This document shows, piece by piece, positions 10,571 through 19,082 of a stretch of 64,000 bases of DNA. Below the pieces are notes generated by a model, which saw only the letters and a program-made list of their open reading frames with translations, ran no database searches and was not told the DNA's origin. Each line of letters begins with the position of its first letter. The stretch's first letter is position 1. Origin of the DNA: a virus; the IMG/VR virus record IMGVR_UViG_3300031519_006967, positions 1 through 64,000 of that record; one strand, 5' to 3'. Both the position numbers and the translations under genes were made by a program.

Positions 10571-10599
10571 TTGCATTTCGGTATTTGGGGCTGTATAGT
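10571..10599 (+). promoter_or_regulatory. Sigma70-type promoter (divergent)
   Basis: TTGCAT-N17-TATAGT. Confidence 0.6.
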
Positions 10600-10648
10600 A
10601 AGGCATCGCCGTTCGAAAGAAATACTAAACACATTATTATGAAAGTAC

Positions 10649-10704
10649 AGAATTTCTAAATTATTAGAAGTAATAGAATTTCTAAAAGTAATAGAATTTC
10701 TAAA
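10649..10704. repeat. Three copies of AGAATTTCTAAA
   Basis: Copies at 10649, 10675 and 10693; last two have an 18-bp period. Confidence 0.85.
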
Positions 10705-10752
10705 TTTACTGGAATATTTTGTGACATGTATGATGTTATGGTAAGTATATTC

Positions 10753-11211
10753 ATGACTCCAAAGTTCGAAAGCGCAGTCTTTCCGTTAACAAAGCAACGA
10801 AATGCTGATCAAGCCCAAGTTTTGATTTTAGCTGAAAATACGGGTCGTTTACTTTTAGCCAACCAGTCCCCATTAGTAGGAACGGGAACTTGGGGGATGT
10901 GGGATAGTGTTAGAGATGATGCGGGATATCAAGGAAAAATGAAGCTCATTAAGAAATCTCAAATGAAATACGATATTGGTAGATATAATTTTATTAGTAT
11001 AATTGGGGTGGTTCCATCAGAATTTATTCCAACTCTGGGAGAAAAGGTTGAAAATTATCAATGGGTGTTGGGTTCACAGTTGTCGGATTTAAAAATGCAT
11101 GAGAGTCTTAGAATTTACTCTAAAGCAGTTGGAAGTAGCTTGGAAAATTATTATAAAGAATTTATTAACGAGTATTCCCAAAGTGGCGACCTATATACAA
11201 CAGGTGACTAA
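10753..11211 (+). CDS. Degenerate NUDIX-fold protein
   Basis: AQVLILAENTGRLLL...GTWG and ENYQWV present; Nudix box collapsed. Confidence 0.45.
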   Translation: MTPKFESAVFPLTKQRNADQAQVLILAENTGRLLLANQSPLVGTGTWGMWDSVRDDAGYQGKMKLIKKSQMKYDIGRYNFISIIGVVPSEFIPTLGEKVENYQWVLGSQLSDLKMHESLRIYSKAVGSSLENYYKEFINEYSQSGDLYTTGD

Positions 11212-11229
11212 AAAAAGAAAATCATATAG

Positions 11230-11258
11230 TTGATATCCTGAAATTAGTGTGGTATATT
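11230..11258 (+). promoter_or_regulatory. Sigma70-type promoter of dda
   Basis: TTGATA-N17-TATATT with TG at extended -10 position, 8 nt before ATG. Confidence 0.55.
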
Positions 11259-11266
11259 CAAAACAT

Positions 11267-12610
11267 ATGACTCTTACTGATGAACAAGAAGACGGACTTT
11301 TACTATTGAAAGAATTTATTGGCGCTCCTACCCATTATAATAAATATTTCCTACTTAAAGGATATGCAGGTACGGGTAAAACTACCCTAGTTAATGCATT
11401 CATCAATTGGTATAATACCGCCAAGGGTAAATCTTTAGATGATTTGGTGGTCACCGCTCCTACAAATAAGGCAGTTAGAGTTCTGCGAAGAATGTCAGAT
11501 ATTGGTGGGGTGGAATATAAGACACTACACTCTCTATTAGGACTTAAACACACAATCAATGATAAGGGACAAGAGGTTTACCAAAAGGATAAGTCAGTGA
11601 ACCCGTCGATCTATTTGTATGGGTGTGTAATTGTCGATGAGGCGTCTATGATCGATGATGAAATTTTTGAAACCCTCATTAATGATGCTAGAGATTGTAA
11701 GATTATTTTCGTGGGCGACCCGTGCCAAATCCCACCAGTTAATCACTTCCATTCCAAACCAATGATTAAAGATGTTCAAGAGGAATTAGGAATTGAAAAG
11801 TTTGAATTATCTACAATCATTCGACAAGCTGAAACTAATCCCATTATTACGACATCTCTAGGTATCCGAAAGGGTACATTCGAGCGGGGTGTATCTGATG
11901 ATCGCGATGCGGATGGACACGGAGTAGTTCAACTAGATATTAAAGATAAAGAGCGAGTATATGATTTAATTAAAGAGAATTTCTGTGGTCCTGAATTTGC
12001 AAATAATCCAGATTTTGCTAAAGTGATAGCTTGGAGAAATAAAACAGTAGACTCGTTTAATGAGGTCATTCGTTCGTTTCTATACTATCGCGGAGTTAAC
12101 CGAGTAGTCCAAGGAGAAAAATTAATTTTAAATAGACCGATAATGGAGGGGAGCGGTAAAAAAGCAAAACCAGTATTATTTGTAAATGATGATTTAGTGG
12201 TAACTAAGGTCTCTGTAGGAGAATCAAACTACTTTGCAAAGAAATTAAAATATTATGATTGCACAGTAGAGCGAGTATATGACGATGCTGCCGCAGAATT
12301 TAATATTAGAATTTTACATGAAGATTCTGACAAGAGATATCAGATGCTTTTAAATCAATTGAAGAACATGGCTCTATCAACTAAGAAGGCTAAGAAAGGT
12401 ATGGCATGGAAAGCATACTATGATTTTATGTCTAACTTCGCTCAGACTTCATATAATTATGCAATAACTTGCCACAAATCACAGGGAAGTACTTATAATA
12501 ATGCTTTTGTGTGCTATACTGATATAGCAGCAAACACTAAAATTGTAGAAATGCAGAGAATCCTTTACACTGCCGTAACACGACCTAGCGATACATTATT
12601 TATATTATGA
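11267..12610 (+). CDS. dda: Dda/RecD-like SF1B DNA helicase
   Basis: GYAGTGKTT, APTNKA, VDEASM, GDPCQIPPV, HKSQGST, YTAVTR. Confidence 0.88.
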   Translation: MTLTDEQEDGLLLLKEFIGAPTHYNKYFLLKGYAGTGKTTLVNAFINWYNTAKGKSLDDLVVTAPTNKAVRVLRRMSDIGGVEYKTLHSLLGLKHTINDKGQEVYQKDKSVNPSIYLYGCVIVDEASMIDDEIFETLINDARDCKIIFVGDPCQIPPVNHFHSKPMIKDVQEELGIEKFELSTIIRQAETNPIITTSLGIRKGTFERGVSDDRDADGHGVVQLDIKDKERVYDLIKENFCGPEFANNPDFAKVIAWRNKTVDSFNEVIRSFLYYRGVNRVVQGEKLILNRPIMEGSGKKAKPVLFVNDDLVVTKVSVGESNYFAKKLKYYDCTVERVYDDAAAEFNIRILHEDSDKRYQMLLNQLKNMALSTKKAKKGMAWKAYYDFMSNFAQTSYNYAITCHKSQGSTYNNAFVCYTDIAANTKIVEMQRILYTAVTRPSDTLFIL

Positions 12611-12678
12611 AGAAATACATCTGGCAGGACGAAATCTGCGGGGAATTTATTTGGATTAAAGAAAAAGATTATGAGTAA
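12607..12678 (+). CDS. Putative 23 aa microprotein MKKYIWQDEICGEFIWIKEKDYE
   Basis: ATGA overlap with dda stop; overlaps next start codon. Confidence 0.35.
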   Translation: MKKYIWQDEICGEFIWIKEKDYE

Positions 12679-13378
12679 ACAATTAAAATATAAACTGCTT
12701 GGCCTCGCTGGTATTTCTAGGGTTGGTAAAGATACTATGTGCGAACATATTATAAATGTGTGTAATAAACACGGCATAAAAGCTAAGAGATTTGCAATAG
12801 CAGATGAAATTAAGCGACAACTCCACCTATTTATAAAAACCCAATTTGGTGTTGATATTTATAACTGCACTGATGCTGAAAAAACTATGGTTCGACCTAT
12901 CATGGTCGATTGGGGATTAATTAAGCGTGAGAAATCTCAAGGTCAATATTTAACAAATTTACTGCAAGCTGATATTGATGAAGCATTTCGCCCTCATGAT
13001 TGGCCAATGCTTAATGGGCGAGGTCATATACATTCGGGAGGTAATATACCTAAAGAGGTAATAGATTTGGCGATAGTTACGGATATTAGGTATAGTCAAT
13101 ATCCAGAAGATGAAGTGTATTGGGTGCAAGAGAAAAATGATGGAGCATTAGTTCATATTAAAAAGAAAGTTGGGGAAGATGAAATTGGGGAACCAGTATT
13201 TACTCTACCACCAAATGAACAAGAGATGTTAAATGATCCAATCCTACAAGAGTGTGCGGATTATCACGTAGAGTGGGATATGATGGAAGGGCAGGGAGTG
13301 GATAGGGTTATACACGACCTACCCAAATATTATGATGCAGTTGCAGAAGAATTGTTGAAAAGACTTGAAATTATATAA
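12671..13378 (+). CDS. Deoxynucleoside monophosphate kinase (T4 gp1-like)
   Basis: GLAGISRVGKDT, FAIADEIK, VTDIRY..DE. Confidence 0.75.
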   Translation: MSKQLKYKLLGLAGISRVGKDTMCEHIINVCNKHGIKAKRFAIADEIKRQLHLFIKTQFGVDIYNCTDAEKTMVRPIMVDWGLIKREKSQGQYLTNLLQADIDEAFRPHDWPMLNGRGHIHSGGNIPKEVIDLAIVTDIRYSQYPEDEVYWVQEKNDGALVHIKKKVGEDEIGEPVFTLPPNEQEMLNDPILQECADYHVEWDMMEGQGVDRVIHDLPKYYDAVAEELLKRLEII

Positions 13379-13398
13379 TTTGTAGTGTAAACTATAGT

Positions 13399-14262
13399 AT
13401 GCTTTTAAAGTTTAAAACATATTCGGTGGGGACTCCAGCAAAGACTGGTCCTGAACCTTGGAAACAGGAGTTTCCATTTAATGAAGAGGACGAGCGGAAA
13501 TCAATTCTACTGATGCTAGGTATTGATTCTAGTCTTACTGATGAGGAACTTGTGGATTATAAAACCACATTCTCCATGTCGTTTACAGACATCTTAGATG
13601 ATGATAGTGATGGCGTGACTGAGTATAGTGTCCTTGATTATATGAAGACTGAATTGGATTCTAAACGCGATGAGATCATTAGTATTAATAATACCCTATC
13701 TTCTGATTATGACGAAGCTCGTAAAGGTTGGCTTGAAGGCGGAACTACCCGCAAAACAATTGAAATTCCATTGGATGATGGTGATGCTGAAAAGCTAATA
13801 TCTGAAACTGAGGAATTGGCTGGATTTGTTGAATGGGTTGATGAGTATAATATCGAGCAAGTGGACCCCCAACTCTATAATTTAAAAAAGGAGGATGTTG
13901 AGTTGGAGGCATATGAGGTTGGTGATAAAGTGGTTCTTCTACCTAAGAAAAATTCCGAACTAGATGCCAAACAAATTGAGCTTTTAGCTAGTGAGAACTC
14001 CCTAGCTTGTACAAAAATTGATATTAATGATGTGCCGATTGACGCACCAAACGTATTATCAATATACCAATTCTACGAATACATTGACTCTAATAGAGGA
14101 AACATGGATGAGGTATTGTCCATGGTTATAGATAGAGATGAAACAGATGCGGAGAATAAAGAGTTAGTCCCAGATATGGGGCATCTCCCGACCTTCGCGT
14201 CTAAAGCAACCGTTGAGAAATTTAGAGAAGACGATATTTTAGGACTACTTGGAGATATATAA
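13399..14262 (+). CDS. Hypothetical acidic protein
   Basis: 287 aa ORF; TTGAAA-N17-TAAACT 5 nt upstream. Confidence 0.6.
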   Translation: MLLKFKTYSVGTPAKTGPEPWKQEFPFNEEDERKSILLMLGIDSSLTDEELVDYKTTFSMSFTDILDDDSDGVTEYSVLDYMKTELDSKRDEIISINNTLSSDYDEARKGWLEGGTTRKTIEIPLDDGDAEKLISETEELAGFVEWVDEYNIEQVDPQLYNLKKEDVELEAYEVGDKVVLLPKKNSELDAKQIELLASENSLACTKIDINDVPIDAPNVLSIYQFYEYIDSNRGNMDEVLSMVIDRDETDAENKELVPDMGHLPTFASKATVEKFREDDILGLLGDI

Positions 14263-14516
14263 TGAAAACATCAGATAATACTATTAATGAATTAGACGAT
14301 CTCCGTCGAGACGCTAACGAACACGCAGCAGGTATAATGTATACTGCGTATTGTGAAGCTGTTGGGGGTATTGCATATAATAATGATCCTCTACCGACAT
14401 GGGATGAATTTTACAAGGATTCTAACAAAACAAAACAAAGTGAAGCTTGGATTGAATCGGCGAATGCCATTTTACAATTCTTTGTTAGCACGTATATTGA
14501 AGTTACTACAGAATAA
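14262..14516 (+). CDS. Hypothetical protein
   Basis: Translationally coupled ORF. Confidence 0.55.
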   Translation: MKTSDNTINELDDLRRDANEHAAGIMYTAYCEAVGGIAYNNDPLPTWDEFYKDSNKTKQSEAWIESANAILQFFVSTYIEVTTE

Positions 14517-15322
14517 TGATAACAGGAATACAATTTAAAACTGGGTTCGCCACCCAACTAGATAATATTGGCGATAGAATTTTCAAATTCAATGACGGAT
14601 TTAACGTATTGTTTGGGACAAATGGCGTTGGTAAAAGTGTAATTCTACACACCCTAAAGTCTTATTGTGGCATACCAAATGATACGGGCGGCTGGTCTCG
14701 CGTAAGCGATCCAGCCGTGTTAGGTACATCAGTTCCTGAACATTTTCCCTTTTCATATCGCGCTTACTCACCAGGTAATTGTGACGCTTGGGTTGGGTGG
14801 GATGGTGTACCTTCATTTTTCAATGATGGTGATATTAAAGTGGATTCAACATTCTTCTTCGATAAGGAAAGACAGACTGCTGATGGCATTACCACTGAGG
14901 CAGAGCAGATGGAAGCGTTAGCAACTAAACCATCATCAGGTCAATATAGAATCCAGAGGATTAATAAAGTCATGGAGTTAATTAAGACTCCCCCTGATAT
15001 TTCAGTAATCCCTGAGCATATTGCTAACAAGCAACACGCTCAAGCTGAGGTAACTTATTTTGAATCTAAGGAGAGGAATGGTAAACCGACTCTATTATTT
15101 GATGAGCCGGAACGAGCGTTAGCCCTTCCTAAACAAAAGGAACTATTTGGAATACTTGCGGAACTATCTAAAAATTATCAAGTTATTATTGCTACTCATA
15201 GTCCATTTGTTTTTGGGGTAAAGAGTGCAAATATTATTGATGTGGTGGATGGATACGCCCTAACATGTAAAACAATTGTAAAGGAAACTGCTAAGGCGAT
15301 ACGACTCCCTAGAAAAAAATGA
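14516..15322 (+). CDS. ABC-family ATPase (AAA_21-like)
   Basis: GTNGVGKS, SSGQ, LLFDEPE, ATHSP. Confidence 0.8.
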   Translation: MITGIQFKTGFATQLDNIGDRIFKFNDGFNVLFGTNGVGKSVILHTLKSYCGIPNDTGGWSRVSDPAVLGTSVPEHFPFSYRAYSPGNCDAWVGWDGVPSFFNDGDIKVDSTFFFDKERQTADGITTEAEQMEALATKPSSGQYRIQRINKVMELIKTPPDISVIPEHIANKQHAQAEVTYFESKERNGKPTLLFDEPERALALPKQKELFGILAELSKNYQVIIATHSPFVFGVKSANIIDVVDGYALTCKTIVKETAKAIRLPRKK

Positions 15323-15726
15323 ACTATAAAGAAATCATAAATGATGCTAATGGTGTTTTGAACTCAAACGAGGCTACAAATATTAATATTATTGAGTGGG
15401 TTAAAACCGCAAGGTCGCTGGCATACTCTGCACTGGGTGTTGAACCAGATGAGTATCTTAGAATATCCACTAAAAAATTAGGCAACGGTATTTGGGTTGC
15501 ATATGATATTCAATCTACTTGTAGTTGTCTTGCAACAGATGAGCAATCAGCAATGGTTGAGGTTGCTGGTATGATCAGAATGTATGGGAATAATACTACT
15601 ACTGCCCCGTCGTTAACTGGTCGGTGTGAAGAACCTGATTGGTGTGAAGAACATCGTCGGGTAAGCCATTATAGTGGAATATGGGACTGCTCTAGTGAGA
15701 ATATAATGTCTCAAGTGTCAGTATAA
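15319..15726 (+). CDS. Hypothetical protein
   Basis: ATGA overlap with upstream gene. Confidence 0.5.
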   Translation: MNYKEIINDANGVLNSNEATNINIIEWVKTARSLAYSALGVEPDEYLRISTKKLGNGIWVAYDIQSTCSCLATDEQSAMVEVAGMIRMYGNNTTTAPSLTGRCEEPDWCEEHRRVSHYSGIWDCSSENIMSQVSV

Positions 15727-15816
15727 ATAATATTATTAACAGCCCATATATTATGTTAACCAACAATGGTAGCCATAGATATGGATTTGTTGATCATCTC
15801 GCCGGAAATGGATTTC

Positions 15817-16389
15817 CTAACTCGTAATTTTACGAAGTTTGAGTTCATCTAAATCAACACTATAACGAGAAGCTACTTCCTGAATTCGTTTCAGGGGTAG
15901 CTTTTTTTGTTGTACGTGCTGTAAGAGTATTTGTTTCTTAAGCTCTAACTCTGCTGGCGTTGTTGTTATCTCCCCCATACTAATATTTTTAACTTGATTG
16001 TAAGGGAACTCACATTTTATAATTTTATAATTTGTAACTTGGTTTATGTCTCTAACTAAGTCCTTAAAGAAAGAAACAAACTCATTGTATGAGTAATATT
16101 CTAAAATTTCTTTATCTCTAGTGATTTTAGATTCGTCTAAATAGAACACCACGAATGGGTATCTAGTCGTGCTGAGATATGTAAACAAACCATCTTTTGT
16201 ATTATCAAAATCTATGGAACATGTTGTGATTTTACGCAACACATACTTCATCATGATTTTTCCTATTAGTATTTTAGCGTCTTTGTCTAGAGCGCCTAGA
16301 CATCCATATTCTAGTAGAATATCAATTACTTTATATTCCATTTTATTCCATGCATCATCAAAACTAATAAATTGTATGGACTTCTTCAC
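15817..16389 (-). CDS. Hypothetical protein
   Basis: 190 aa ORF; TATATT 5 nt before GTG. Confidence 0.55.
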   Translation of the reverse strand: MKKSIQFISFDDAWNKMEYKVIDILLEYGCLGALDKDAKILIGKIMMKYVLRKITTCSIDFDNTKDGLFTYLSTTRYPFVVFYLDESKITRDKEILEYYSYNEFVSFFKDLVRDINQVTNYKIIKCEFPYNQVKNISMGEITTTPAELELKKQILLQHVQQKKLPLKRIQEVASRYSVDLDELKLRKITS

Positions 16390-16431
16390 TCCTTAATATA
16401 TCATAGTTTTAATATACTTTCAGTAATTAAT

Positions 16432-16899
16432 TTATATTTGTCTCGTTTTGCTACGGGAATCTTTTAATATTTCTTCAGTTATTAGGGATTGATTTTTAAT
16501 AATTCCTTTGGGGCATTTGTTTATTCTAGTTGATATGATCCCATTATAGCTATTTTCTGTTAATAACACCCCTCGCGCCACCTGCTCAACCATTTCAATG
16601 AAATTCATGCTCCATTTATCTTCACATAAATGAAGTATAGTTTTTGTTATGTGGTCTCCTGATGATATATCTTCGTTTAGTGAATTGCTACTTCCTGTGT
16701 AAGTTAGCCAATCGCTTTCAACTAAGCTTCTTCTTTTTCTCTTTTTACCCTTTAATGGTGGTAATGTCTTTTTAAACCAGAATTTCTTCTGACCTATATA
16801 GAATCGCGGTTTACCGTCGTCCCCCAACTTAGAGTTGTTTTCAATAATATAAACAAAGCCTAGATAGTCATTAATGTCTTTTGGTATATTTTTCCACAT
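16432..16899 (-). CDS. GIY-YIG-like endonuclease
   Basis: GFVYIIEN...FYIGQK, ESDWLTYTGS, SYN. Confidence 0.75.
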   Translation of the reverse strand: MWKNIPKDINDYLGFVYIIENNSKLGDDGKPRFYIGQKKFWFKKTLPPLKGKKRKRRSLVESDWLTYTGSSNSLNEDISSGDHITKTILHLCEDKWSMNFIEMVEQVARGVLLTENSYNGIISTRINKCPKGIIKNQSLITEEILKDSRSKTRQI

Positions 16900-16907
16900 G
16901 TGTATAC

Positions 16908-17276
16908 TTAGGAACTCCAACCGTCAATATCATCGGTTAATGATGGTATATTACCACCCATAGATTTGGCAAATTCGTCTCCGTCTTTACTTCTACGTGA
17001 TGAGTGTTCTGGTGGTAGCTCTTGGTTCTCTTCCGCCCATTCTTCCGCAGTGTCCCATATATATGTGCCAACCCCGTTTCTTCTAATTTTATCACCTACA
17101 TATATTTTCTCCACTTCCCCACTATCCCTATCCCATTCTATGAAACCGATTGCCCCACTGTTATTAAAAAAATCTAATCTGTGGGTAAATTCATCACCAT
17201 TGTATTTATGGTTTAGACTTTCCCAATCTATGGATTCTTTCAACCATCTCTTAAATGTAGGTATTCCTGTCTTCAT
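16908..17276 (-). CDS. GNAT-fold protein with capsid-targeting-like N-terminus
   Basis: IYVGDKIRRNGVGT acetyl-CoA motif; N-terminus MKTGIPTFKRWLKE. Confidence 0.6.
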   Translation of the reverse strand: MKTGIPTFKRWLKESIDWESLNHKYNGDEFTHRLDFFNNSGAIGFIEWDRDSGEVEKIYVGDKIRRNGVGTYIWDTAEEWAEENQELPPEHSSRRSKDGDEFAKSMGGNIPSLTDDIDGWSS

Positions 17277-18498
17277 ATTAATATTTGTAAACGTGTTCCC
17301 CGTCTCCTTCCTCTTCGAATCCGTATCTAGATATTAAAATTTGGTATAATCTTGGGTTAACTACCCAACTCCTAATTCCCGCGTTTTTCACGCCGTATGC
17401 CTCTTTTAGTTCTTCTCGTTGCGATTCGTATTCATCTATTCCAGCTTTTACTAATTTCATCCCACCACCAGCAGTCCCCTTATCTACGGCTATATCCATA
17501 GAAAACATTACAGCATCAAAATCGCGGTCTACTGACCAATTTGATGCCAACCCACCAACTACATTATTATCATCATCTAATAATATCATGGTTATTTCTT
17601 TATCTCTACCGTAATTGATATTGTTGTTAGAAAATATTATATGGGCAATATCGGCTTCTTCCCAATCTTGTTCATCATCAACATCCTTCACAGTAAATTT
17701 GTCTCCTCCAAATGATTCTTTTAACCACCTTTTAGATTCTAAATTATTAGATATGGTTTTGTATTCTTTTGGGATTTTATCCCATCTTTCAACTCTGTTA
17801 AAATTTGTAAGTTCTCTGTCTATATCGAACTTCCACTTATTGTCATCATAATCTAAATTAGCAATTAACCTATTGGTTCCTCCAAATACAGCAGAATCAA
17901 AATCTGAAGTCTGAAGTCCAAAATCATCATCAGCTATTCCCATTAATTTAAATAATTCGTATGCTCTTTTGACAACTGATTTAGGGATGTCTTCATCAAT
18001 ATGTTTCATTACATAATCCAAATTACTAGATTCGTTTTTCAACCATCTCTTAAACGTAGGTATTACTGTCTTCATATTATTATTTATAGTTAACATGAAG
18101 TCCACTCTTTTATTTTTCTTTCGGCTTCTTCACCCCAAAGCTCGGATAGGTTTACTACTTCGGCGGAATTATAATCTTCGGCATCGAAGTCCCAAATTTC
18201 ACCACTATCATCGCCTTCTGGTATTTTCCCCCACTCCTTCAATTCTTCTTCAGTTATTTCTCCAGTAATGTCATATATTTTTCCATCTATTTTCAACCCT
18301 ACATGGCTCAACCAATATTCCCCTAAATCCCAAATTCTTGAATTAATACCCGCCCAATATTCCCCTCTATAGTTTAATTTTTCGTTTAGGAAAATGGAGA
18401 ATAATCCACAATCACCATCCAGCCCAGTTCGACTATATTCATTTTTGATCGCTTCTATGTTCGTGGATTCTTTCAACCACCTTTTAAACGTAGGTATT
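17231..18498 (-). repeat. Dispersed repeat AATACCTACRTTTAARAGRTGGTTGAAA (3 full copies, 1 partial)
   Basis: Copies near 17231-17278, 17714-17734 (partial), 18029-18078 and 18464-18498. Confidence 0.85.
17278..18075 (-). CDS. Two-module protein, C-terminal GNAT-like
   Basis: N-terminal and internal KRWLK(N)ES; VVGG, DIAVDKGTAGGG, RYGF. Confidence 0.55.
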   Translation of the reverse strand: MKTVIPTFKRWLKNESSNLDYVMKHIDEDIPKSVVKRAYELFKLMGIADDDFGLQTSDFDSAVFGGTNRLIANLDYDDNKWKFDIDRELTNFNRVERWDKIPKEYKTISNNLESKRWLKESFGGDKFTVKDVDDEQDWEEADIAHIIFSNNNINYGRDKEITMILLDDDNNVVGGLASNWSVDRDFDAVMFSMDIAVDKGTAGGGMKLVKAGIDEYESQREELKEAYGVKNAGIRSWVVNPRLYQILISRYGFEEEGDGEHVYKY

Positions 18499-18620
18499 TT
18501 CTTCTTTTTTTTCTTTCCTATAACTTTAGGAACTCTAGCATCTCCTTTAGCATAGAAATCACCCTCATCTGGAGTATCTTCAGTTCCTGATGTTCCTATG
18601 CCTACGTCTCCAGTTTCCAT
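18090..18620 (-). CDS. Hypothetical protein with internal IPTFKRWLKES
   Basis: TATAAATA 5 nt before ATG; GDC...SHV...YDI could be a papain-like triad. Confidence 0.55.
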   Translation of the reverse strand: METGDVGIGTSGTEDTPDEGDFYAKGDARVPKVIGKKKKKKIPTFKRWLKESTNIEAIKNEYSRTGLDGDCGLFSIFLNEKLNYRGEYWAGINSRIWDLGEYWLSHVGLKIDGKIYDITGEITEEELKEWGKIPEGDDSGEIWDFDAEDYNSAEVVNLSELWGEEAERKIKEWTSC

Positions 18621-18686
18621 ATAATTATTTATATTTAAAACTTGCATTATACTATTATTAATGTTATATTAGTATTAATAAATACT

Positions 18687-19082
18687 ATGATTATAGACCC
18701 ATATGCAAGAGAATTTGAGATTGATGTAGAGCTTGATATTAAAAATATGGCGAGCAAGACTCTAAGTCATCCTAACCTACATCACAAATGGCACTACCGC
18801 TTGATGCAGCATAAGAAAAAAATCCATGAGCTTAAAGCGGAATTGGAGGTATTTATTCGGGACGAGTCAGTGAAGGAGAAACAATTAGCCAAAGTGTCTA
18901 TGGCTAAGCTCAACACTAAAATAAATAATACTACAACCGCCTTAGACATTACTAGAAGAATTAAAGATGAAGAATTCATCGTAGATTATCTTGATGGATG
19001 CATGAAAATATTAACTAATATGGCATTCAATTATAAAACTCTAGCTGAGTGGAATGCTACTGAGTCTTTCGGCTTGCGTTAA
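18687..19082 (+). CDS. uvsY: UvsY-like recombination mediator
   Basis: Helical ~130 aa protein (PNLHHKW, VDYLD) directly before uvsW, as in T4-like synteny. Confidence 0.6.
   Translation: MIIDPYAREFEIDVELDIKNMASKTLSHPNLHHKWHYRLMQHKKKIHELKAELEVFIRDESVKEKQLAKVSMAKLNTKINNTTTALDITRRIKDEEFIVDYLDGCMKILTNMAFNYKTLAEWNATESFGLR

Noticed and set aside
10649-10704. Mini-CRISPR
   Set aside because: 12-bp units with 6-14 nt gaps are far too short.
16908-18620. CRISPR array or DGR at the KRWLKES repeats
   Set aside because: Repeats are in-frame coding, spaced hundreds of bp apart, with no adenine-specific variation and no cas or RT gene.
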